64,000 bases of DNA from an uncultured delta proteobacterium (lineage in GTDB: Bacteria > Myxococcota_A > Polyangia > Polyangiales > Polyangiaceae), in assembly GCA_963716725.1 (NCBI GenBank), contig CAVQUB010000011.1, positions 288,001 to 352,000 on the forward strand, read 5' to 3'. The position numbers and the translations under genes were made by a program. Below the pieces are notes generated by a model. It was not told the DNA's origin. It searched no databases and saw only the letters and a list, made by a program, of their open reading frames with translations. Of this stretch, positions 38,684 through 47,148 are shown in pieces. Positions within the stretch are counted from its first letter, which is position 1. Every line of letters begins with the position of its first letter.

Positions 38684-39175
38684 TGCCGCGCGGCCGAAGT
38701 TCGAGTAGATTCGCCCCTGAGACCTGCGCTCATTTGGGCTCTCACAGGAAGGGCGGAAGAGCGGAAGGATTTGGGGTGGTCAGGCGTTAGCCTCCGCAGG
38801 CCATTTCTGAGCGCGGTCACGTTGAAGTTGACGAGCAGGCCGACGGGCAACCGCGAAAGACGCAGATAGGTGATGACCTGCGCTTCGTAAATCGGGAGCA
38901 GCCGCTCGACCGCCTCGAGCTCCAGGAGGATACGATCTGGAAGCGACCAGGTCGAGGCGATAGGCGCAGTCAAGGTGTACGCCTTTGTAGCGGATTGGTA
39001 GCGGTCGCTGCCGCTCGAACTTGAGCCGTCGTTCGGACAGCTCGGCAGATAGACAGGCCTCATATGCGGATTCCATCAGCCCTGGACCGAGATGCCGATG
39101 CACCTCGATCAGCGCACCGATCACCTCGTCCGTCCCATCCCCAAATCTTCCGAGCTTTCGCCCTTCCTGTGCCAT
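38680..39175 (-). pseudogene. GxxExxY protein (PD-(D/E)XK-like), frameshifted
   Basis: First frame: IGALIEVHRHLGPGLMESAYEACL...YRLDLV. Second frame continues DRILLELEAVE...EAQVITYLRLSRLPVGLLVNFN. One extra base near 38935-38950; ELK motif reads ELE. Confidence 0.85.
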
Positions 39176-39284
39176 CCCCGTGTGGTCGGGCCTCACTCCG
39201 AAACAGTTGCGGCTTTCTTCGCAGCTACACCGACGACACGCACACGGAAAAGAAACCAGCGAAACTTCTGCCGCGCGGCACTAG
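38680..39284. mobile_element. Putative non-autonomous transposable cassette with terminal inverted repeats and CTAG ends, carrying a GxxExxY gene
   Basis: 38680-38701 ctagtgccgcgcggccgaagtt versus reverse complement of 39263-39284 ctagtgccgcgcggcagaagtt (21/22 identical); second inner inverted repeat 38743-38776 / 39139-39171; no transposase. Confidence 0.72.
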
Positions 39285-39441
39285 CCCGGCCCTTCTCCGG
39301 CCTAGGGCGGCCTGAAAACCGGGCTAGCGCGGACCGCCGAAGATTTCGGGAACCTCTGCCGCCGGGGGGCTGTCACTCCCAGCATTCGGCCGCTTCGCGC
39401 GGCGATGCGGGTGCCCGGGGCCCCATGGAAGGAGCAGGCAG

Positions 39442-39834
39442 ATGAGTCGGCGTGCAGTGGCGTTCGTATTGGGTCTTGGTGTGTTCGGGGCAGCATGGGC
39501 GCCGCTCGGAGGAGCCATGGGCGTCCCGGGACTGCCCATCGCCGTGGCGCAGGCCGAGGAGACGGCCGAGAGTTGCCTCGCGTTTCGCAAGGGCAATCTC
39601 GAGAAGGGCCTCAGCTTCGACATCGAGTCGAGCTGTGGCATGAAGCTCGCGTGCAAGCTGAGCTGGGTCGTTCAGTGCACTGACAACGACGGCAAGCTGG
39701 AGTCAAAGAGCGCCAAGACCGAGCGCTTCGGCCTCGCTGCGAGCGAGAGCCACTCCGTCACCATGTCGGCCGAGAGCTGCAAGCAGAGCTGGCGCGTGGA
39801 CGACGTGAAGTGGGGCTGCGATCCGGTGAAGTAG
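39442..39834 (+). CDS. Small secreted Cys-containing protein
   Basis: GGAG upstream; signal peptide ending AQA; six Cys in a beta-rich mature part. Confidence 0.75.
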   Translation: MSRRAVAFVLGLGVFGAAWAPLGGAMGVPGLPIAVAQAEETAESCLAFRKGNLEKGLSFDIESSCGMKLACKLSWVVQCTDNDGKLESKSAKTERFGLAASESHSVTMSAESCKQSWRVDDVKWGCDPVK

Positions 39835-39906
39835 ACCGGAAAGCGGGCTAGGAAGCGCGCGGCCGTTCGCGCGCTGCGCTGCGCTGCGCTAAGTTGTGTC
39901 GCGCTC

Positions 39907-41073
39907 GTGAATCGGCATCGTCTTTCTGGAAAACTCCTCGCGGTCCTCGGGCTGTCGAGCAGCCTGTCGTCGGCCCAGTCGTTGCGTGGCGAGACGGGTG
40001 GGGAGGTCGCCGTCTACGGCGACAGTGACAACGTGTGGGTGTTGACGCCCACGGCGCGCGGCAGCGTGCGCGGCGCCGATCTGGGCGCCAGCGCGACCTA
40101 CACGGTGGACATCGTCTCTGCGGCCTCCGTGGACATCGTCTCGACGGCGAGCCCGCGCTGGACCGAGGTGCGACACGCCGGCTCGCTGGCCGCGGGATAC
40201 CAGCCCGGCAACTTCGGAGCGTCGGGCTTCCTGGCAACCTCCATCGAGCCGGACTTCGTCTCGACGAAGATCGGCGCCTCGGCGAGCGCCGACCTCGCAC
40301 GTAAGAACCTGTCGCTGTCCCTCGGCTACGCCTACGAGCACGATGTCGCCGGCCGCACCGGCACGCCCTACTCGGTCTACGCGCTGCGGCTGGATCGGCA
40401 CGAGATCTCCGCTACCGCGCTGGTCGTGGTGGGGCGCGCCACCACGTTGACCTCGGTCCTCGACCTCTCCTTCGAGTCCGGCCGTCAAGAGAAGCCCTAC
40501 CGCTTCTTGCCCCTGTTCGACGCGGCCGTGGCCGCGGGCGTGCCCGTGGGAGCATCCGTCGACGAGGTGAATCGGCTGCGCCTGCCCGGCAAGATCGCAG
40601 AGCGCCTGCCCGACACGCGGCAGCGCGCGGCGGCCAGCCTCCGGCTCATGCATCGCCTCGAGGGTTCGACGCTGACAGTCTTGGATCGCGTCTACTTTGA
40701 CGGATGGGGACAACTTGCCAACACCACCGACTTGAAGTGGGTCTTCGAGCTGTCCCGCCGCTGGTCGCTCTGGCCTCACCTGCGCTTTCACGAGCAGTCG
40801 GCGGCCTCGTTCTGGCGGCGTGCCTACGTCGGTCGAGTCGTGCCCGGGCAGGTCGTCGCGCCCGAGTACCGCAGCGGCGACCGGGAGCTCGGGCCGCTCC
40901 GGACGCTGACCGCGGGCCCCGGCGCGGCCTTCGATTTCGGATCGCCGGACCCCCGCCGGCTCAGTGTCACTCTCGAAGTAGAAGGCAGCGCTACCGACTT
41001 CCGCGACGCGCTGTACATCGATCGTCGCTGGGCCGGCCTGGTCGTGGCAGGCTTCACCGCGAGGTTCGAGTGA
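39907..41073 (+). CDS. DUF3570-like outer-membrane beta-barrel protein
   Basis: YGDSDNV, VDIVSAASVDIVSTAS, SIEPDFVS, ERLPDTRQR, YFDGWG, DRELG; amphipathic strands, C-terminal RFE. Confidence 0.8.
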   Translation: MNRHRLSGKLLAVLGLSSSLSSAQSLRGETGGEVAVYGDSDNVWVLTPTARGSVRGADLGASATYTVDIVSAASVDIVSTASPRWTEVRHAGSLAAGYQPGNFGASGFLATSIEPDFVSTKIGASASADLARKNLSLSLGYAYEHDVAGRTGTPYSVYALRLDRHEISATALVVVGRATTLTSVLDLSFESGRQEKPYRFLPLFDAAVAAGVPVGASVDEVNRLRLPGKIAERLPDTRQRAAASLRLMHRLEGSTLTVLDRVYFDGWGQLANTTDLKWVFELSRRWSLWPHLRFHEQSAASFWRRAYVGRVVPGQVVAPEYRSGDRELGPLRTLTAGPGAAFDFGSPDPRRLSVTLEVEGSATDFRDALYIDRRWAGLVVAGFTARFE

Positions 41074-41555
41074 AACGGCTACTGGTGATCCTCGGGCTCG
41101 CGCTCGCCGTCGGCGGATGTCGCGATCCGGTTTTGGAGGCCAAGGCCGATGCGCTGGGGCCGGATCCGGGACCCTACGACAACGGCCCGCTGCATCGCGC
41201 GGGTTTCCCCTGCACCTACTGTCACGCCAAGGGCGGACGCGCCAGCCCAGAATTCGATCTCGCTGGGACCATCTACGCCGATCAGAATGCCACGGAGGGT
41301 CTCGCCGGCGTGACGGTGCGGCTCTTCGAAACGAGCGGGCGACAGCAGACCGCGACGACCAACGAGGTCGGCACCTTCTTGCTCGAGGCGGGCGCGCTCG
41401 AACTCGACTTTCCGCTGTGGGTACGCATCGAATTCGGTGACGAAGTGCGCTCCATGCAGACCCCAATCTTCCGCGAGCGGTCGTGCGCGGCGTGTCACCG
41501 GAGCCCCACCGGACCCGATCGGCGTTGGCCGGTCTTCCTGCGAGACTTGCCATGA
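41070..41555 (+). CDS. Lipoprotein with two c-type heme-binding motifs
   Basis: Lipobox VGGC; CTYCH and CAACH; AGTIY / TNEVGTF prealbumin-like strands; GTGA coupling. Confidence 0.85.
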   Translation: MKRLLVILGLALAVGGCRDPVLEAKADALGPDPGPYDNGPLHRAGFPCTYCHAKGGRASPEFDLAGTIYADQNATEGLAGVTVRLFETSGRQQTATTNEVGTFLLEAGALELDFPLWVRIEFGDEVRSMQTPIFRERSCAACHRSPTGPDRRWPVFLRDLP

Positions 41556-42664
41556 AGCGCCTGGGTGCACTGCTGGTGGTCGCCGCCTGCTCGGTCGCGA
41601 GCGAAGACCGTTCGTTCGACGCGCCCTCGCCGGACGACTTCCGATACGTGAGCGACATGCTCGCCAAGCGCTGCGGCTCCCTCGACTGTCACGGTCAAGT
41701 CGGTCGCGCGCTGCGGCTCTATGGAAGGTTCGGGCTTCGACTCGACCCGACTCACATCCCAGGCGGGCACATGGACACCCAAGAGGAGGTCGACGCGAAC
41801 TACGCCTCAGTGCTCACTCTGGAGCCGGAGATCCTCTCGGCGGTACGTCGTGATCGGGGAGGCGAGGCGGAACGGCTGACGCTCGTGCGAAAGGCGCGCG
41901 GCCAGTTGGGCCACAAAGGCGGCGTGGCGATCGACGCCGCCGGAACCCTGTGTTTTTCGTCGTGGCTCGCCGGAGAAGTGGACAAGAAGACCTGTTTTGA
42001 ATCGGCAGAACTGCCGAAGCCGGCAGGCTTCTCCCACGGCAGTGGCGGCAGCGGCGGCAGTGGCGGAGCCGGCGGCAGCGGCGGCACAATCAGCGGCGGA
42101 GCCGGCGGCAGCGGCGGCACAATCAGCGGTGGAGCCGGCGGCAGCGTTACGGGCGGCACCGGCGGCACACCGAGCGGTGGCAGCGGCGGGACGACGACGG
42201 GAGGCACCACGGGGACCGGGGGCGAGGCCGGCTGCGGCGGCGCGGGCGGTAGCTGTATCGACTTCTGGACTGACTTCTACGATCCGAAGTGCGTGGCCAA
42301 GCCGACGCCGGTCGATCACCTCGCCTACACGCATACCGATTGTCAGCCCTGCCACGGGCCAACGGGATCAGCGACGCAGTTCTTCATCGCCGGCATGATC
42401 TGGGATTGGGGCGCCAAGAAGGGCGCCGCAAAGATCGAAGTCGGCCTGCGCGACGACAAGACCTTCGTCTACACCTGCACCGACTCGGCCGGGTTCTTCT
42501 CGGTACCCGCGGCCGGCTCCCCCGCCGTGAACTGGCTCACGGTGGAGACCCGCATGCGCGGCGAGCTCGGCGAGAAGACCATGCCCGCCGAGAAGGAGCA
42601 CAAGCCAGGCTGCAACGACACCAAGTGCCACGGGCACGCCGAACATCAGCTGTGGGCACCCTGA
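41552..42664 (+). CDS. Two-domain lipoprotein with three heme-type motifs (CX4CH, CX2CH, CX4CH) and a Gly-rich linker
   Basis: Lipobox VAAC; CGSLDCH...RKARGQLGHKGG; Gly/Ser/Thr linker; CQPCH, CNDTKCH; ATGA coupling. Confidence 0.82.
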   Translation: MKRLGALLVVAACSVASEDRSFDAPSPDDFRYVSDMLAKRCGSLDCHGQVGRALRLYGRFGLRLDPTHIPGGHMDTQEEVDANYASVLTLEPEILSAVRRDRGGEAERLTLVRKARGQLGHKGGVAIDAAGTLCFSSWLAGEVDKKTCFESAELPKPAGFSHGSGGSGGSGGAGGSGGTISGGAGGSGGTISGGAGGSVTGGTGGTPSGGSGGTTTGGTTGTGGEAGCGGAGGSCIDFWTDFYDPKCVAKPTPVDHLAYTHTDCQPCHGPTGSATQFFIAGMIWDWGAKKGAAKIEVGLRDDKTFVYTCTDSAGFFSVPAAGSPAVNWLTVETRMRGELGEKTMPAEKEHKPGCNDTKCHGHAEHQLWAP

Positions 42665-42813
42665 GGCTTGTCCGCTAAGATCCCAGCGTGGAGACCGAGT
42701 CTGTGAAGCCGATGGCAGGGTTTGGGCTGGGCCTCGGGGTGGCACGCACGACCGGCTTCATCGGAGCGGCGGCTTGGGCGCTCTTCGTCGCATCGGCACC
42801 CTGACCCGTCTCC

Positions 42814-43272
42814 ATGGTCGTCTTCGAGTCCATCGTCAAACCGCTGCACTTCCTGCACCTGCTGGCGGGCCTCTCGAGCGTCGCGTCGTGCGTCCACTTG
42901 TTGCTGCGTCTGTTCTCCAAGCGCCACGACCCTCGCCTGCGGACTCACGCCACGGTGCTGGGGGTCACCTACGCTGCAACTTACTTGCTGGGCGCGATGA
43001 TCTACCCGACCTTCCGGGTCCGGGTGCGCGCCGCCCTTCTCGACACCCACTATCCGTGGGCCACTGGATTGTTCGAAATCAAGGAGCACGCGGCCAGCCT
43101 GGTGTTCATCCCGGTCTTGGCCATCGTGGTGCTGTCGCGGATCCTCGATCCCAATCAGGCGCTCGACCGGCGGCACCTGCTGCTCACGCGCGCGTTGACG
43201 GCCCTCGTACTGGTCGTGCTCGTCTTCAACGCGAGCGCCGGCTGGTACCTCGGCACGATCCGGAGCGTGTGA
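42814..43272 (+). CDS. Integral membrane protein (about 4 TM helices, His-containing)
   Basis: Hydrophobic segments; LHFLH, YPTFRVRVR, LFEIKEH. Confidence 0.75.
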   Translation: MVVFESIVKPLHFLHLLAGLSSVASCVHLLLRLFSKRHDPRLRTHATVLGVTYAATYLLGAMIYPTFRVRVRAALLDTHYPWATGLFEIKEHAASLVFIPVLAIVVLSRILDPNQALDRRHLLLTRALTALVLVVLVFNASAGWYLGTIRSV

Positions 43273-43273
43273 G

Positions 43274-43627
43274 GTGCGCCGTCAAGAAGCCCTGGTGATC
43301 GGCCTGAGCGCGAGCGTCGTCGTGGCGGCGGCGCTTTACCTGGCGCGCCCGCCGGCTCCGGTCTACTACCCAATCGAACACGCGCTGCGCTGGGAGGTGA
43401 CCCCGGGCATCGCCATGCATTGGTACGGCCGGTCGCTCATGGCCATCGGCGGCGGCGTCGCCACCCTGCTCGTCGCCCGGCTGCTCCTGCCCCGCTTTGC
43501 TCAGAAATGGGACACAGAGCCGCCACCGTGGCTGCCCAGAGCGCTCGCGGTGATCACCCTGGCGACCCTCGTGTTTGCGCTCGGTCACACAGTGGTGCAC
43601 GAGTACCGCGACTGGATGACGAGGTGA
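43274..43627 (+). CDS. Small membrane protein (about 3 TM helices)
   Basis: Hydrophobic segments; YYP...W...AMHWYGR; starts 1 nt after the previous stop. Confidence 0.7.
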   Translation: MRRQEALVIGLSASVVVAAALYLARPPAPVYYPIEHALRWEVTPGIAMHWYGRSLMAIGGGVATLLVARLLLPRFAQKWDTEPPPWLPRALAVITLATLVFALGHTVVHEYRDWMTR

Positions 43628-43694
43628 CGGAGTGCGGGGCCGGCGGGACGTTGCCGAAGGCGGACAGCGAGGCGCTTTGGTAAGCTCGCAGGCC

Positions 43695-45551
43695 ATGACG
43701 CGTTGGTTCGGAGCGATCGCGATCGTGGCAGCGGCTGGCTGCCGCTCGCCCAGCACGGCCGGGTCGGATGCAACCGCGCCGCCGGCGGTCTCGGCAGCAC
43801 CGGCTGCGTCCGCGAGCGCAGCGCCTAGCACGGGCTCTCACCCGCTCGCGCTCGCCCTGCTCCCAGCTGCGGCGCCGCTCGAGCTCGACGACGGCTGGAC
43901 CTGGCAGAGCCCGCTGCCTCAGGGCAACGTTCTCGCAGCGGTCTGGGGTGCCGGCGATCGCGTGTGGGCGGTTGGCAAGTCGGGCACCATCGTGATGCAC
44001 GACGGCAAAGGCTGGTCGATGCAAGCCAGCGGCACCGACCGGAGCTTGAACGCCGTCTCGGGCACGGGCCCCGAAGACGTGTGGGCCGCGGGCGACGGCG
44101 GCACGGTGGTGCACTTCGACGGCAAACGCTGGCAGCCCAAGCAGACCGGCGTCGACTTCGGCATCAACGGGCTCTGGGCCCTCGATCCGAAGCGCGTCGT
44201 CGCCGTCGGCAAAGACGGCCGCGCGGCGCACTACGACGGCAAGATCTGGCGCCAGGAAGCCACCGGCCTGAGCCAAGAACTGAAAGGCGTCTGGGGCAGC
44301 GGCAAGACCGTGATCGCGGTCGGACGAGATGGTGCGGTCACCCGCAACGACGGCAGCGGATGGAAACCGGAGCCTATCGCCTCGACCCCGTATCTCCGCG
44401 CCGTGTGGGGGAGTTCCCTCGATCAGGTCTTTGCCGTCGGCACACCCGGCGATCCCGTCTACCGCCACGACGGCAAGAGCTGGATGCCGATGCCCGCCGG
44501 CACCCTCGAGAGCCGCCGGGCGCTATTCGGGAACTCCGACAAGTCGATATTCGCGGTTGGCGACTACGGACAACTCACGCGCTTCGACGGAACGCGCTGG
44601 ACCCCGGAGGGTCGGCTGCCGGTGGGCGAAGCCGGAGGACTCTGGGTCTCGCCGCAAAGCGAGGTCGTCGCGGTCGGCCCGGGCGGGCGCACGTTCCATG
44701 GCGTTGGCGAAGTGTGGAAGGGCTATGCGAGCCCGACCTACCAACGCCTGGTGGGCATCTGGGGGAGCGGTGCCAGCGACACCTGGGTGGTCGGTGATCG
44801 GGGCACGATCCTGCACCACGACGGATCGAGCTGGACCGCGACGACCTCAGGGACCACCGAATACCTGACGGACGTCGCGGGCCGAAGCCCCACCGACGTC
44901 TTCGCGGTCGGGGTCAAGGGCGTCATCCTACACTACGACGGTAAGAGCTGGGCGTCGCAGCAGAGCGGCGTGACTGACGTTCTCGGCGGAGTGTGGTGCG
45001 GGAGCACCTCGACCATCGCGGTCGGACGCAACGGCATCATCCTGCGTCGCGACGGCGACGCCTGGAAGCGCGAACAGAGCGGCACGACCAGGTTCCTCAA
45101 TGCCGTCTGGGGCTCCGCCCCGGACCGCGTATTCGCCGTTGGTGAATACGGAACCGTGCTGCTGTACGACGGCAAGAGCTGGCAGCCCGCCGCGAGCGCA
45201 ACCAGCGCGACCCTCAACGCCGTTTGGGGAACGGGTCCAACCGACGTATTTGCGGTGGGGAACGACGGCACGGCCGTTCACTTCGACGGCACGCGCTGGC
45301 GGTCCATCGGCAAGGGGCTCGAGGCCTACGCTGCCAAGAAGGAGCTGCTGCACGACGTGTGGGCTACGAGCAAGAAGGACGTGTGGGCGGTGGGCGCCGG
45401 AGGCAAGATCTTTCACTACGACGGGCGCGTTTGGACGCAATCCACGAATCGCGGCGGTCTGGTCCTCACGGGCGTCTGGGGCAGCTCGGCGAGTAGTCTC
45501 TACGCGATCGGGTGGGATGGAACCATCCTGCACCGAAGGACCGGGAAGTAG
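43695..45551 (+). CDS. Lipoprotein with 14 WG/AVG/DG-W repeats (probable double 7-bladed beta-propeller)
   Basis: Lipobox AAGC; 14 repeats of L.aVWG....vfAVG..G.ilhyDG..W counted by eye. Confidence 0.88.
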   Translation: MTRWFGAIAIVAAAGCRSPSTAGSDATAPPAVSAAPAASASAAPSTGSHPLALALLPAAAPLELDDGWTWQSPLPQGNVLAAVWGAGDRVWAVGKSGTIVMHDGKGWSMQASGTDRSLNAVSGTGPEDVWAAGDGGTVVHFDGKRWQPKQTGVDFGINGLWALDPKRVVAVGKDGRAAHYDGKIWRQEATGLSQELKGVWGSGKTVIAVGRDGAVTRNDGSGWKPEPIASTPYLRAVWGSSLDQVFAVGTPGDPVYRHDGKSWMPMPAGTLESRRALFGNSDKSIFAVGDYGQLTRFDGTRWTPEGRLPVGEAGGLWVSPQSEVVAVGPGGRTFHGVGEVWKGYASPTYQRLVGIWGSGASDTWVVGDRGTILHHDGSSWTATTSGTTEYLTDVAGRSPTDVFAVGVKGVILHYDGKSWASQQSGVTDVLGGVWCGSTSTIAVGRNGIILRRDGDAWKREQSGTTRFLNAVWGSAPDRVFAVGEYGTVLLYDGKSWQPAASATSATLNAVWGTGPTDVFAVGNDGTAVHFDGTRWRSIGKGLEAYAAKKELLHDVWATSKKDVWAVGAGGKIFHYDGRVWTQSTNRGGLVLTGVWGSSASSLYAIGWDGTILHRRTGK

Positions 45552-45609
45552 CCGGCACCCCTCCGAGGACCCGCGCGCGACCGCCCTTCGTGTATCCTCG
45601 GCCCCCAGC

Positions 45610-47148
45610 ATGTTCGACTGGGGCAGCGATCCCCGAGCACCCGAGCAGATCCCGGGAGTCCTCGGGCGCTACGAAATCCTCCTGCCCATAGCCAGCGGGG
45701 GCGTGGCGACAGTGTACCTCGCGAGCTCGACCGGCGCCGTTGGCTTCGAGCGTGACGTGGCCATCAAGCTGACGCACCGCCACTTGCGCGACAGCCCCGA
45801 GTTCTTCACGCAACTGGTGGACGAGGCGCGTTTGGCCGGGAAGATCCACCACCCGAACGTGGTCGGAGTGCACGACGTGGGCTTCGCGGATCGCAGAGCC
45901 TTCATCGTCATGGACTATGTAGAGGGCGAATCACTCTCGGTCGTCCAGCAGGTGCTCAGACACCGTGACGCGCGCATGCCGCTGGGCATCGCGCTGAAGA
46001 TCCTCCACGACGTGCTGTCGGGCCTGCACGCCGCGCACGAACTCCGCGGCGACGACGGCACGCCGCTCTGCGTGGTGCACCGAGACGTGACCCCTCACAA
46101 CATTCTGGTCGGTGTGGACGGGGTCTCGCGCTTGACGGACTTCGGGGTGGCCAAGGCTCACGCGCGCCTCACCAAGACGAGCCCGGGGCTGGTGAAGGGG
46201 AAGGTCGCGTACATGTCCCCCGAACAGGCGCAAGGCAAGGCCCTCGATCGCCGAGTGGACGTATGGGCCGTCGGCGTGGTGGCTTGGGAGCTATTCAGCG
46301 GATCTCGATTGCACGACGCCACGAATGACCCGGTGCTGATGCTGAAGATCGCACGCGAACCGCCGATGCGCCTGCGCCACGTTCGACCCGACCTGCCGCG
46401 AGAGTTCGATGCGGTGCTCGCTGGTGCGCTCTCGATGGACCCGCGCTCGCGCCCGTCGACGGCCGAGGCCTTCGCGGACGCGCTTCGCGAAGCGGCGGAG
46501 CAGGCCGGCGTCAAAACCGCAGACGCGCGCGAGGTCCGGGACTTCGTGCTCGATCTCGTGGGCCCCGAGCTCGAGGCCCGTCGGGACAAAGTGGCCGAAA
46601 TCCGCGCCCTCCGCCAGCGCTGGGTGGAGCTCGGCGGCCCCTCGGAGAGCGCGGCGGCCGACCGCCCACGGGCCGACGCGGCGCCGCGCCCGCCCCTCGT
46701 CGAGCAACTCGAAGCGACCGTCGCCCACGGGCCGGTGCTGCCTGCGCGCGCCCCGCGGCGCGCCTCCAGGCTCGGCGCGCTGCTGACGGTGATCCTCACC
46801 GCCCCGCTCCTGTCTCGTGCGTGGGTGGTGGCGTCGATCCTTCCCGCCGTCGCCCTGGCGCTCGCCTACGTGGTCGCGAGCGACGGGACGCCCAAGGTAA
46901 CGCGAGCGGTCTCGATGCCCGCGACGACTTCGAGCGCGAGCGCGCCGCCGGCAACGCCGAGCGCGAGCGCGCCGTCGACAGCACCGAGCGAACGCGTGCT
47001 CACACCGGCAGATCTGGCCGAGATCCCCCCGGCGGATGCGGCGCTCGACGTCGACGGGGTGATCACTCCCTTCGAGCTGGGCATCGAGCCGCCCCACGAT
47101 GCCCCGACCCCAGGCGCTCCAGGACGGCCACGACCGAGAACTCGCTGA
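45610..47148 (+). CDS. Membrane-anchored Ser/Thr protein kinase
   Basis: IASGGVATV, VAIK, HRDVTPHN, TDFG, KGKVAYMSPE; hydrophobic segment near the C-terminus. Confidence 0.93.
   Translation: MFDWGSDPRAPEQIPGVLGRYEILLPIASGGVATVYLASSTGAVGFERDVAIKLTHRHLRDSPEFFTQLVDEARLAGKIHHPNVVGVHDVGFADRRAFIVMDYVEGESLSVVQQVLRHRDARMPLGIALKILHDVLSGLHAAHELRGDDGTPLCVVHRDVTPHNILVGVDGVSRLTDFGVAKAHARLTKTSPGLVKGKVAYMSPEQAQGKALDRRVDVWAVGVVAWELFSGSRLHDATNDPVLMLKIAREPPMRLRHVRPDLPREFDAVLAGALSMDPRSRPSTAEAFADALREAAEQAGVKTADAREVRDFVLDLVGPELEARRDKVAEIRALRQRWVELGGPSESAAADRPRADAAPRPPLVEQLEATVAHGPVLPARAPRRASRLGALLTVILTAPLLSRAWVVASILPAVALALAYVVASDGTPKVTRAVSMPATTSSASAPPATPSASAPSTAPSERVLTPADLAEIPPADAALDVDGVITPFELGIEPPHDAPTPGAPGRPRPRTR

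Noticed and set aside
42802..42804. In-frame TGA as possible selenocysteine
   Set aside because: No redox motif context, no recognisable SECIS hairpin, and a normal ATG follows three codons later.
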